Positions 50,801 through 62,916 of a stretch of DNA of 64,000 nt are shown here, in pieces. Both the position numbers and the translations under genes were made by a program. The stretch is from Hypanus sabinus (lineage: Eukaryota), in contig NC_082729.1 of the NCBI RefSeq assembly GCF_030144855.1, forward strand, positions 35,464,001 to 35,528,000. Reading direction: 5' to 3'. A model generated the notes under the pieces. It saw only the letters and a program-made list of their open reading frames with translations, did no database searches and was not told the DNA's origin. Position 1 is the first letter of the stretch. The number at the start of each line of letters is the position of its first letter.

Positions 50801-53800
50801 ACAGGGGTCCCGGGGAGTGTGTCAGTATTTACAGGGGTCCCAGGGAGTGTGTGGGTATTTACAGGGGGTCCCGGGGAGTGTGTCAGTATTTACAGGGGTC
50901 CCGGGGAGTGTGTCAGTGTTTACAGGGGGTCCCAGGGGAGTGCGTAGGTATTTACAGGGTCTCCCGGGGAGTGTGTCAGTACTTACGGGGGGTCCCGGGG
51001 AGTGTGTCAGTGTTTACAGGGGGGTCCCAGGGGAGTGTGTCGGTATTTACAGGGGGTCCCGGGGAGTGTGTCGGTATTTACAGGGGGTCCCGGGGAGTGT
51101 GTCGGTATTTACAGGGGGTCCCGGGGAGTGTGTCGGTATTTACAGGGGGTCCCGGGGAGTGTGTCGGTATTTACAGGGGGTCCCGGGGAGTGTGTCGGTA
51201 TGTACATGGGGTCCCGGGAAGAGTGTCGGTATTTACAGGGGGTCCTGGGGAGTGTGTCGGTATTTACAGGGGTTCCCGGGGAGTGTGTCAGTATTTACAG
51301 GGGGTCCCGGGGAGTGTGTCTGTATTTACAGGGGGTCCCGGGGACTGTGTCAGTATTTGCAGGGGTCCCGGGGAGTGTGTTGATATTTACAGGGGGTCCC
51401 AGGGAGTGTGTCAGTATTTACAGGGGGTCCCGGGGAGTGTGTTGATATTTATAGAGGGTCCCGAGGTGTGTGTCGGTATTTACAGGGGTCCCGGGGAGAG
51501 TGTCGGTATTTACAGGGGTCCCGGGGAGTGTGTCAGTGTTTACAGGGGGGTCCCAGGGGAGTGCGTAGGTATTTACAGGGGGTCCCGGGGAGAGTGTCGG
51601 TATTTACAGTGTGTCCCAGGGAGAGTGTCAGTGTTTACAGGGGGGTCCCAGGGGAGTGTGTAGGTATTTACAGGGGTCCCGGGGAGTGTGTCGGTATTTA
51701 CAGGGGTCCCGGGGAGTGTGTCAGTATTTACGGGGGGTCCCAGCAAGTGTGTCAGTATTTACAGGGGTCCCGGGGAGTGTGTCAGTGTTTACAGGGGGGG
51801 TCCCAGGGGAGTGCGTAGGTATTTACAGGGGGTCCCGGGGAGAGTGTCGGTATTTACAGTGTGTCCCAGGGAGAGTGTCAGTGTTTACAGGGGGGTCCCA
51901 GGGGAGTGTGTCAGTATTTACAGGGGTCCCGGGGTGTGTGTCAGTATTTACAGGGGTCCCGGGGAGTGTGTCAGTATTTACAGGGGTCCCGGGGTGTGTG
52001 TCAGTATTTACAGGGGTCCCGGGGAGTGTGTCAGTGTTTACAGGGGGGTCCCAGGGGAGTGCGTAGGTATTTACAGGGGCTCCCGGGGAGTGTGTCAGTA
52101 TTTACGGGGGGTCCCGGGGAGTGTGTCAGTGTTTACAGGGGGGTCCCAGGGGAGTGTGTCGGTATTTACAGGGGGTCCCGGGGAGTGTGTCGGTATTTAC
52201 AGGGGGTCCCGGGGAGTGTGTTGATATTTACAGGGGGTCCCAGGGAGTGTGTCAGTATTTACAGGGGGTCCCGGGGAGTGTGTCGATATTTACAGGGGGT
52301 CCCAGGGAGTGTGTCAGTATTTACAGGGGTCCCGGGGAGAGTGTCAGTGTTTACAGGGGGGGTCCCAGGGGAGTGCGTAGGTACTTACAGGGGTCCCGGG
52401 GAGTGTGTCGGTATTTACAGGGGTCCCGGGGAGTGTGTCAGTATTTACGGGGGGTCCCAGGGAGTGTGTCAGTATTTACAGGGGTCCCGGGGAGTGTGTC
52501 AGTGTTTACAGGGGGGTCCCAGGGGAGTGCGTAGGTATTTACAGGGGGTCCCGGGGAGAGTGTCGGTATTTACAGTGTGTCCCAGGGAGAGTGTCAGTAT
52601 TTACAGGGGTCCCGGGGAGTGTGTCAGTGTTTACAGGGGGGTCCCAGGGGAGTGTGTAGGTATTTACAGGGGTCCCGGGGAGTGTGTCGGTATTTACAGG
52701 GGTCCCGGGGAGTGTGTCAGTATTTACGGGGGGTCCCAGGGAGTGTGTCAGTATTTACAGGAGTCCCGGGGAGTGTGTCAGTGTTTACAGGGGGGGTCCC
52801 AGGGGAGTGCGTAGGTATTTACAGGGGGTCCCGGGGAGAGTGTCGGTATTTACAGTGTGTCCCAGGGAGAGTGTCAGTGTTTACAGGGGGGTCCCAGGGG
52901 AGTGTGTCAGTATTTACAGGGGTCCCGGGGTGTGTGTCAGTATTTACAGGGGTCCCGGGGAGTGTGTCAGTATTTACAGGGGTCCCGGGGTGTGTGTCAG
53001 TATTTACAGGGGTCCCGGGGAGTGTGTCAGTATTTACAGGGGTCCCAGGGAGTGTGTGGGTATTTACAGGGGGTCCCGGGGAGTGTGTCAGTATTTACAG
53101 GGGTCCCGGGGAGTGTGTCAGTGTTTACAGGGGGGTCCCAGGGGAGTGCGTAGGTATTTACAGGGGCTCCCGGGGAGTGTGTCAGTATTTACGGGGGGTC
53201 CCGGGGAGTGTGTCAGTGTTTACAGGGGGGTCCCAGGGGAGTGTGTCGGTATTTACAGGGGGTCCCGGGGAGTGTGTCGGTATTTACAGGGGGTCCCGGG
53301 GAGTGTGTCGGTATTTACAGGGGGTCCCGGGGAGTGTGTCAGTATTTACAGGGGGCCCCGGGGAGAGTGTCGGTATGTACAGGGGGTCCCGGGAAGAGTG
53401 TCGGTATTTACAGGGGGTCCTGGGGAGTGTGTCGGTATTTACAGGGGTTCCCGGGGAGTGTGTCAGTATTTACAGGGGGTCCTGGGGAGTGTGTCTGTAT
53501 TTACAGGGGGTCCCGGGGAGTGTGTCAGTATTTGCAGGGGTCCTGGGGAGTGTGTTGATATTTACAGGGGGTCCCAGGGAGTGTGTCAGTATTTACAGGG
53601 GGTCCCGGGGAGTGTGTTGATATTTATAGAGGGTCCCGAGGTGTGTGTCGGTATTTACAGGGGTCCCGGGGAGAGTGTCGGTATTTACAGGGGTCCCGGG
53701 GAGTGTGTCAGTGTTTACAGGGGGGTCCCAGGGGAGTGCGTAGGTATTTACAGGGGGTCCCGGGGAGAGTGTCGGTATTTACAGTGTGTCCCAGGGAGTG

Positions 53801-56800
53801 TGTCAGTGTTTACAGGGGGGTCCCAGGGGAATGTGTCAGTATTTACAGGGGTCCCGGGGTGTGTGTCGGTATTTACAGGGGTCCCGGGGAGTGTGTCAGT
53901 ATTTACGGGGGGTCCCAGGGAGTGTGTCAGTATTTACAGGGGTCCCGGGGAGTGTGTCAGTGTTTACAGGGGGGTCCCAGGGGAGTGCATAGGTATTTAC
54001 AGGGGGTCCCGGGGAGTGTGTCGGTATTTACAGGGGGTCCCGGGGAGTGTGTCGGTATTTACAGGGGGTCCCAGGGAGTGTGTCAGTATTTACAAAGGGT
54101 CCCGGGGAGTGTGTCGGTATTTACAGGGATCCCGGGGTGTGTGTCAGTATTTACAGGGGGTCCCGAGGAGTGTGTCAGTATTTACAGGGGGTCCCAGGGA
54201 GTGTGTCGGTATTTACAGGGGGTCCCGGGGAGTGTGTCGGTATTTACAGGGGGTCCCAGGGAGTGTGTCAGTATTTACAAAGGGTCCCGGGGAGTGTGTC
54301 GGTATTTACAAAGGGTCCCGGGGAGTGTGTCGGTATTTACAAAGGGTCCCGGGGAGCGTGTCGGTATTTACAGGGGGTCATGGGGAGTGTGTCGGTATTT
54401 ACAAAGGGTCCCGGGGAGTGTGTCGGTATTTACAAAGGGTCCCGGGGAGTGTGTCGGTATTTACAGGGGGTCCCGGGGAGTGTGTCGGTATTTACAGGGG
54501 GTCCCAGGGAGTGTGTCAGTATTTACAAAGGGTCCCGGGGAGTGTGTCGGTATTTACAAAGGGTCCCGGGGAGTGTGCCGGTATTTACAGGGGGTCCCGG
54601 GGAGCGTGTCAGTATTTACAGGGTTTCCCGGGGAGCGTGTCGGTATTTACAGGGATCCCGGGGAGTGTGTCGGTATTTACAGGGGTCCCGGGGAGTGTGT
54701 CAGTATTTACAGGGGGTCCCGGGGAGTGTGTCAGTATTTACAGGGGATCCCGGGGAGTGTGTCAGTATTTACAGGGGGTCCCGGGGAGTGTGTCAGTATT
54801 TACAGGGGGTCCCAGGGAGTGTGTCAGTATTTACAGGGGGTCCCGGGGAGTGTGTCAGTATTTACAGGGGGTCCCAGGGAGTGTGTCAGTATTTACAGGG
54901 GATCCCGGGGAGTGTGTCAGTATTTACAGGGATCCCGGGGAGTGTGTCAGTATTTACAGGGGTCCCGGGGAGTGTGCCGGTATTTACAGGGGATCCCGGG
55001 GAGTGTGTCCGTATTTACAGGGGGTCCCGGGGAGTGTGTCAGAATTTACAGGGGGTCCCGGGGAGTGTGTCAGTATTTACAGGGGGTCCCGGGGAGTGTG
55101 TCAGTATTTACAGGGGTCCCGGGGAGTGTGTCAGTATTTACAGGGGTCCCGGGGTGTGTGTCAGTATTTATAGGGGGTCCCGAGGAGTGTGTCAGTATTT
55201 ACAGGGGTCCCGGGGAGTGTGTCAGTATTTATAGGGGGTCCCGGGGAGTGTGTCAGTATTTACAGGGGTCCCGGGGAATGTGTCAGTATTTACAGGGGGC
55301 CCCTGGGAGAGTGTCGGTATTTACAGGGGGTCCCGGGGACTTTGTGGGTATTTACAGGGGGTCCCGGGGACTGTGTGGGTATTTACAGGGGGTCCCGGGG
55401 AGCGTGTCGGTATTTACAGGGATCCCGGGGAGTGTGTCAGTATTTGCAGGGGTCCCGGGGAGTGTGTTGATATTTATAGAGGGTCCCGAGGTGTGTGTCA
55501 GTATTTACGGGGGGTCCCAGGGAGTGTGTCAGTATTTACAGGGGTCCCGGGGAGAGCATCAGTATTTACAGGGGGGTCCCAGGGGAGTGCGTAGGTATTT
55601 ACAGGGCTCCCGGGGAGTGTGTCCGTATTTACAGTGTGACCCAGGGAGTGTGTCGGTATTAATAGGGGGTCCCGGGGAGTGTGTTGATATTTATAGAGGG
55701 TCCCAAGGTGTGTGTCGGTATTTACAGGGGCTCCCGGGGAGTGTGTTGATATTTACAGGGGGTCCCAGGGAGTGTGTCAGTATTTACAGGGGGTCCCGGG
55801 GAGTGTGTCGATATTTACAGGGGGTCCCAGGGAGTGTGTCAGTATTTACAGGGGTCCCGGGGAGAGTGTCAGTGTTTACAGGGGGGGTCCCAGGGGAGTG
55901 CGTAGGTATTCACAGGGGTCCCGGGGAGTGTGTCGGTATTTACAGGGGTCCCGGGGAGTGTGTCAGTATTTACGGGGGGTCCCAGGGAGTGTGTCAGTAT
56001 TTACAGGGGTCCCGGGGAGTGTGTCAGTGTTTACAGGGGGGTCCCAGGGGAGTGCGTAGGTATTTACAGGGGGTCCCGGGGAGAGTGTCGGTATTTACAG
56101 TGTGTCCCAGGGAGTGTGTCAGTATTTACAGGGGTCCCGGGGAGTGTGTCAGTGTTTACAGGGGGGTCCCAGGGGAGTGCATAGGTATTTACAGGGGGTC
56201 CCGGGGAGTGTGTCGGTATTTACAGGGGGTCCCGGGGAGTGTGTCGGTATTTACAGGGGGTCCCAGGGAGTGTGTCAGTATTTACAAAGGGTCCCGGGGA
56301 GTGTGTCGGTATTTACAGGGATCCCGGGGAGTGTGTCAGTATTTACAGGGGGTCCCGAGGAGTGTGTCAGTATTTACCGGGGGTCCCAGGGAGTGTGTCG
56401 GTATTTACAGGGGGTCCTGGGGAGTGTGTCGGTATTTACAGGGGGTCCCAGGGAGTGTGTCAGTATTTACAAAGGGTCCCGGGGAGTGTGTCAGTATTTA
56501 CAAAGGGTCCCGGGGAGTGTGCCGGTATTTACAGGGGGTCCCGGGGAGTGTGTCAGTATTTACAGGGGTTCCCGGGGAGCGTGTCGGTATTTACAGGGGG
56601 TCATGGGGAGTGTGTCGGTATTTACAAAGGGTCCCGGGGAGTGTGTCGGTATTTACAAAGGGTCCCGGGGAGTGTGTCGGTATTTACAGGGGGTCCCGGG
56701 GAGTGTGTCGGTATTTACAGGGGGTCCCAGGGAGTGTGTCAGTATTTACAAAGGGTCCCGGGGAGTGTGTCGGTATTTACAAAGGGTCCCGGGGAGTGTG

Positions 56801-59800
56801 CCGGTATTTACAGGGGGTCCCGGGGAGCGTGTCGGTATTTACAGGGGTTCCCGGGGAGCGTGTCGGTATTTACAGGGATCCCGGGGAGTGTGTCGGTATT
56901 TACAGGGGTCCCGGGGAGTGTGTCAGTATTTACAGGGGGTCCCGGGGAGTGTGTCAGTATTTACAGGGGATCCCAGGGAGTGTGTCAGTATTTACAGGGA
57001 TCCCGGGGAGTGTGTCAGTATTTACAGGGGATCCCGGGGAGTGTGTCAGTATTTACAGGGATCCCGGGGAGTGTGTCAGTATTTACAGGGGTCCCGGGGA
57101 GTGTGCCGGTATTTACAGGGGATCCCGGGGAGTGTGTCCGTATTTACAGGGGGTCCCGGGGAGTGTGTCAGTATTTACAGGGGGTCCCGGGGAGTGTGTA
57201 TTTACAGGGGTCCCGGGGAGTGTGTCAGTATTTACAGGGGTCCCGGGGAGTGTGTCAGTATTTACAGGGGTCCCGGGGTGTGTGTCAGTATTTATAGGGG
57301 GTCCCGAGGAGTGTGTCAGTATTTACAGGTGTCCCGGGGAGTGTGTCAGTATTTATAGGGGGTCCCGGGGAGTGTGTCAGTATTTACAGGGGTCCCGGGG
57401 AATGTGTCAGTATTTACAGGGGGCCCCGGGGAGAGTGTCGGTATTTACAGGGGGTCCCGGGGACTGTGTGGGTATTTACAGGGGGTCCCGGGGACTGTGT
57501 GGGTATTTACAGGGGGTCCCGGGGAGCGTGTCGGTATTTACAGGGATCCCGGGGAGTGTGTCAGTATTTGCAGGGGTCCCGGGGAGTGTGTTGATATTTA
57601 TAGAGGGTCCCGAGGTGTGTGTCAGTATTTACGGGGGGTCCCAGGGAGTGTGTCAGTATTTACAGGGGTCCCGGGGAGAGTGTCAGTATTTACAGGGGGG
57701 TCCCAGGGGAGTGCGTAGGTATTTACAGGGCTCCCGGGGAGTGTGTCCGTATTTACAGTGTGACCCAGGGAGTGTGTCGGTATTAATAGGGGGTCCCGGG
57801 GAGTGTGGTGATATTTATAGAGGGTCCCAAGGTGTGTGTCGGTATTTACAGGGGCTCCCGGGGAGTGTGTTGATATTTACAGGGGGTCCCAGGGAGTGTG
57901 TCAGTATTTACAGGGGTCCCGGGGAGAGTGTCAGTGTTTACAGGGGGGTCCCAGGGGAGTGCGTAGGTATTTACAGGGGTCCCGGGGAGTGTGTCTGTAT
58001 TTACAGGGGTCCCGGGGAGTGTGTCAGTATTTACGGGGGGTCCCAGGGAGTGTGTCAGTATTTACAGGGGTTCCGGGGAGTGTGTCAGTGTTTACAGGGG
58101 GGTCCCAGGGGAGTGCGTAGGTATTTACAGGGGGTCCCGGGGAGAGTGTCGGTATTTACAGTGTGTCCCAGGGATAGTGTCAGTGTTTACAGGGGGGTCC
58201 CAGGGGAGTGTGTAGGTATTTACAGGGGTCCCGGGGAGTGTGTCGGTATTTACAGGGGTCCCGGGGAGTGTGTCAGTATTTACGGGGGGTCCCAGGGAGT
58301 GTGTCAGTATTTACAGTGGTCCCGGGGAGTGTGTCAGTGTTTACAGGGGGGGGTCCCAGGGGAGTGCGTAGGTATTTACAGGGGGTCCCGGGGAGAGTGT
58401 CGGTATTTACAGTGTGTCCCAGGGAGAGTGTCAGTGTTTACAGGGGGGTCCCAGGGGAGTGTGTCAGTATTTACAGGGGTCCCGGGGTGTGTGTCAGTAT
58501 TTACAGGGGTCCCGGGGAGTGTGTCAGTATTTACAGGGGTCCCGGGGTGTGTGTCAGTATTTACAGGGGTCCCGGGGAGTGTGTCAGTATTTACAGGGGT
58601 CCCAGGGAGTGTGTGGGTATTTACAGGGGGTCCCGGGGAGTGTGTCAGTATTTACAGGGGTCCCGGGGAGTGTGTCAGTGTTTACAGGGGGTCCCAGGGG
58701 AGTGCGTAGGTATTTACAGGGGCTCCCGGGGAGTGTGTCAGTACTTACGGGGGGTCCCGGGGAGTGTGTCAGTGTTTACAGGGGGGTCCCAGGGGAGTGT
58801 GTCGGTATTTACAGGGGGTCCCGGGGAGTGTGTCGGTATTTACAGGGGGTCCCGGGGAGTGTGTCGGTATTTACAGGGGGTCCCGGGGAGTGTGTCGGTA
58901 TTTACAGGGGGTCCCGGGGAGTGTGTCGGTATTTACAGGGGGTCCCGGGGAGTGTGTCGGTATGTACATGGGGTCCCGGGAAGAGTGTCGGTATTTACAG
59001 GGGGTCCTGGGGAGTGTGTCGGTATTTACAGGGGTTCCCGGGGAGTGTGTCAGTATTTACAGGGGGTCCCGGGGAGTGTGTCTGTATTTACAGGGGGTCC
59101 CGGGGACTGTGTCAGTATTTGCAGGGGTCCCGGGGAGTGTGTTGATATTTACAGGGGGTCCCAGGGAGTGTGTCAGTATTTACAGGGGGTCCCGGGGAGT
59201 GTGTTGATATTTATAGAGGGTCCCGAGGTGTGTGTCGGTATTTACAGGGGTCCCGGGGAGAGTGTCGGTATTTACAGGGGTCCCGGGGAGTGTGTCAGTG
59301 TTTACAGGGGGGTCCCAGGGGAGTGCGTAGGTATTTACAGGGGGTCCCGGGGAGAGTGTCGGTATTTACAGTGTGTCCCAGGGAGAGTGTCAGTGTTTAC
59401 AGGGGGGTCCCAGGGGAGTGTGTAGGTATTTACAGGGGTCCCGGGGAGTGTGTCGGTATTTACAGGGGTCCCGGGGAGTGTGTCAGTATTTACGGGGGGT
59501 CCCAGGGAGTGTGTCAGTATTTACAGGGGTCCCGGGGAGTGTGTCAGTGTTTACAGGGGGGGTCCCAGGGGAGTGCGTAGGTATTTACAGGGGGTCCCGG
59601 GGAGAGTGTCGGTATTTACAGTGTGTCCCAGGGAGAGTGTCAGTGTTTACAGGGGGGTCCCAGGGGAGTGTGTCAGTATTTACAGGGGTCCCGGGGTGTG
59701 TGTCAGTATTTACAGGGGTCCCGGGGAGTGTGTCAGTATTTACAGGGGTCCCGGGGTGTGTGTCAGTATTTACAGGGGTCCCGGGGAGTGTGTCAGTGTT

Positions 59801-61599
59801 TACAGGGGGGTCCCAGGGGAGTGCGTAGGTATTTACAGGGGCTCCCGGGGAGTGTGTCAGTATTTACGGGGGGTCCCGGGGAGTGTGTCAGTGTTTACAG
59901 GGGGGTCCCAGGGGAGTGTGTCGGTATTTACAGGGGGTCCCGGGGAGTGTGTCGGTATTTACAGGGGGTCCCGGGGAGTGTGTCGGTATTTACAGGGGGT
60001 CCCAGGGAGTGTGTCAGTATTTACAGGGGGCCCCGGGGAGAGTGTCGGTATGTACAGGGGGTCCCGGGAAGAGTGTCGGTATTTACAGGGGGTCCTGGGG
60101 AGTGTGTCGGTATTTACAGGGGTTCCCGGGGAGTGTGTCAGTATTTACAGGGGGTCCTGGGGAGTGTGTCTGTATTTACAGGGGGTCCCGGGGAGTGTGT
60201 TGATATTTACAGGGGGTCCCAGGGAGTGTGTCAGTATTTACAGGGGGTCCCGGGGAGTGTGTTGATATTTATAGAGGGTCCCGAGGTGTGTGTCGGTATT
60301 TACAGGGGTCCCGGGGAGAGTGTCGGTATTTACAGGGGTCCCGGGGAGTGTGTCAGTGTTTACAGGGGGGTCCCAGGGTAGTGCGTAGGTATTTACAGGG
60401 GGTCCCGGGGAGAGTGTCGGTATTTACAGTGTGTCCCAGGGAGTGTGTCAGTGTTTACAGGGGGGTCCCAGGGGAATGTGTCAGTATTTACAGGGGTCCC
60501 GGGGTGTGTGTCGGTATTTACAGGGGTCCCGGGGAGTGTGTCAGTATTTACGGGGGGTCCCAGGGAGTGTGTCAGTATTTACAGGGGTCCCGGGGAGTGT
60601 GTCAGTGTTTACAGGGGGGTCCCAGGGGAGTGCATAGGTATTTACAGGGGGTCCCGGGGAGTGTGTCGGTATTTACAGGGGGTCCCGGGGAGTGTGTCGG
60701 TATTTACAGGGGGTCCCAGGGAGTGTGTCAGTATTTACAGGGGGCCCCGGGGAGAGTGTCGGTATTTACAGGGGGTCCCGGGAAGAGTGTCGGTATTTAC
60801 AGGGGGTCCTGTGGAGTGTGTCGGTATTTACAGGGGTTCCCGGGGAGTGTGTCAGTATTTACAGGGGGTCCCGGGGAGTGTGTCTGTATTTACAGGGCGT
60901 CCCGGGGAGTGTGTCAGTATTTGCAGGGGTCCCGGGGAGTGTGTTGATATTTACAGGGGGTCCCAGGGAGTGTGTCAGTATCTACAGGGGGTCCCGGGGA
61001 GTGTGTCGATATTTACAGGGGGTCCCAGGGAGTGTGTCAGTATTTACAGGGGTCCCGGGGAGAGTGTCAGTGTTTACAGGGGGGTCCCAGGGGAGTGCGT
61101 AGGTATTTACAGGGGCTCCCGGGGAGTGTGTCAGTATTTACGGGGGGTCCCAGGGAGTGTGTCAGTATTTACAGGGGTCCCGGGGAGTGTGTCAGTGTTT
61201 ACAGGGGGGTCCCAGGGGAGTGCGTAGGTATTTACAGGGGTCCCGGGGAGTGTGTCGATATTTACAGTGTGTCCCCGGGAGTGTGTCGGTATTAATAGGG
61301 GGTCCCCGGGAGTGTGTTCATATTTATAGAGGGTCCCGAGGTGTGTGTCGGTATTTACAGGGGTCCCGGGGAGAGTGTCAGTGTTTACAGGGGGGTCCCG
61401 GGGAGTGCGTAGGTATTTACAGGGGCTCCCGGGGAGTGTGTCAGTATTTACGGGGGGTCCCAGGGAGTGTGTCAGTATTTACAGGGGTCCCGGGGAGTGT
61501 GTCTGTATTTACAGGGGGTCCTGGGGAGTGTGTCGGTATTAATAGGGGGTCCCGGGGAGTGTGTTGATATTTATAGAGGGTCCCGAGGTGTGTGTCAGT
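35851..61599 (+). repeat. Giant G-rich minisatellite, 30-32-bp unit (consensus CCGGGGAGTGTGTCAGTATTTACAGGGG(G)TC), with higher-order duplications
   Basis: Continuous tandem array of about 25.7 kb (roughly 840 units, estimated from length). Unit length varies with G-run length. The left edge is degenerate and the right edge abrupt. Identical ORF translations recur at offsets of 1145, 4138, 7762, 7824 and 8197 bp. Confidence 0.98.
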
Positions 61600-61764
61600 T
61601 GTACCAGGATCTCCGGAGTCTCAGGAATGTTGATAAAATCTAGCGGACTGTAAGGATGTCCAGATTGAGAGGCCTCGATGTTTACAGCTTTGCTCCAGAA
61701 CAGAAACCTCGGTTTTGGATACGTGACCCATGTTAGTCTCTCTCTGCCCCTTTCCCAGCCATAC

Positions 61765-62018
61765 CTAGTGAGACGGTCAGCCCTCCATCAAGGCTGAGGT
61801 GTGCTGCCCGACAGCTGAATGTGTCCCCGTCCTTTGGCTCAATGTCAATGTACTTGTAGACGTTGAAGGTCCAGTCTGACTCCACCACCAGCGGGGACGA
61901 TCGGACAGGCCCGGTGAACGGCTGCCCGTTGATGAGGAAGCTGAGCTCGATCTCGAAAGGGTGTTCGAGCTCCCCGGAGCATAGTCGTCTTCCGTGTAGA
62001 TGTGGACGGTGGGTTTCT
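61765..62018 (-). pseudogene. Ig C1-set alpha2 domain exon with internal frameshifting deletion
   Basis: Acceptor gttccag|AG at 62019/62018; donor CTA G|gtatgg at 61765/61764. Frame 1 reads KKPTVHIYTEDDYAPGSSNTL; frame 2 reads HPFEIELSFLINGQPFTGPVRSSPLVVESDWTFNVYKYIDIEPKDGDTFSCRAAHLSLDGGLTVSL. The xCxxxxF segment is missing at a single CACCCT (61963-61958). The shifted frame stops at 61779-61777. Confidence 0.9.
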
Positions 62019-62169
62019 CTGGAACACGGAGCAAAGGTCACTGCTAATGGGTCAAAGGTCACTGGTCTCTTCTGAGCGCAAACGAATTTGTCTGCAAAGT
62101 TCAGGGGAAGGGATATGGAAAGATGAGACAGATGGAGAATAATGTGGGTTTCCTCACTTTCGGAGGAAC

Positions 62170-62300
62170 TGTGCAGTCGGGCAGTGGGTAGAGCAGCTGC
62201 CTCATAACCCTGGAGATTCAGGTTCAGTCCTGGCCTCTGGTATTGTGTGTCTGTCTGTCTGAATTTACACCTTCTTGTGAACGCACTAGTCTCTCACTCC
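62170..62300 (+). mobile_element. tRNA-SINE head fragment in the alpha1-alpha2 intron
   Basis: gcagtgggtagagcagctgcctca (A-box-like) and caggttcagtcc (B-box-like). Confidence 0.5.
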
Positions 62301-62916
62301 CACCCCGAACGTGGGGCGATCTTATGGAGCTGTACAAGATCCTGAGGAATGCACATGCACTTTTCCCCCGGGGTTTGGGGAGTCAATGGGGTATCAGTTT
62401 GTGGTGAGAAGTGAGAAGTTAAACAGGAACTTGAGAGACAACTTTTTCACCCATGTATGTGTCCGTGTCTGCGAAGAGCTGCCGAAGGCAGAGACCGAGA
62501 CAGGAAAGAGAGTTGATAGGAAAGTTTCAGAGGAGAGGGTCCCAGCCTCTGTCATCCCATGGACCAATGGCATGAAGCAAGTGGTCCGCGGACGCCAGGT
62601 GGGGAACCCCTGGTGCTGAGGCAGATGGGCCAAACACGGGCAAGTGACAGCAGCTTAACTGGGCATCTTGGTTGGCAGAAATGAGTCGGGTCGAAGACAC
62701 GGGACAGACTGCGGGTGTTGGAAATGCAAAATATTCAGTCTGACAGGCAGCATCTATGGAGGGAAATGAGCAGACGTCGTTTTGGAACGAGACCTTTCAA
62801 TCAGGAGACGGGCTGAAAGGTTTGAAATGGACATTGCTTTCCTTGTCGGCAAGTATCAGACAGAGTTAGTAGGCAGGCTGATGGGGCCAACAGCCTCCTT
62901 CCGGGAGTTTACTTAC

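Noticed and set aside
35743-61567. Very long plus-strand ORFs (up to 1708 aa) of GVPGSVSVFT / GPGECVSIYR / SRGVCQYLQ repeats
   Set aside because: The consensus unit has no stop codon in any plus frame, and frames switch with G-run length. All three frames give similar open repeats, so these are minisatellite artefacts.
35851-61599. CRISPR array or Ig switch region interpretation
   Set aside because: No unique spacers or cas genes, and the context is eukaryotic; there are no AGCT-rich motifs and no Ig constant exons nearby.
61733-62062. Reading the C1 exon as beta2-microglobulin itself
   Set aside because: It is preceded by an alpha1 exon and followed by a class II alpha-type TM exon in phase; beta2m has neither.
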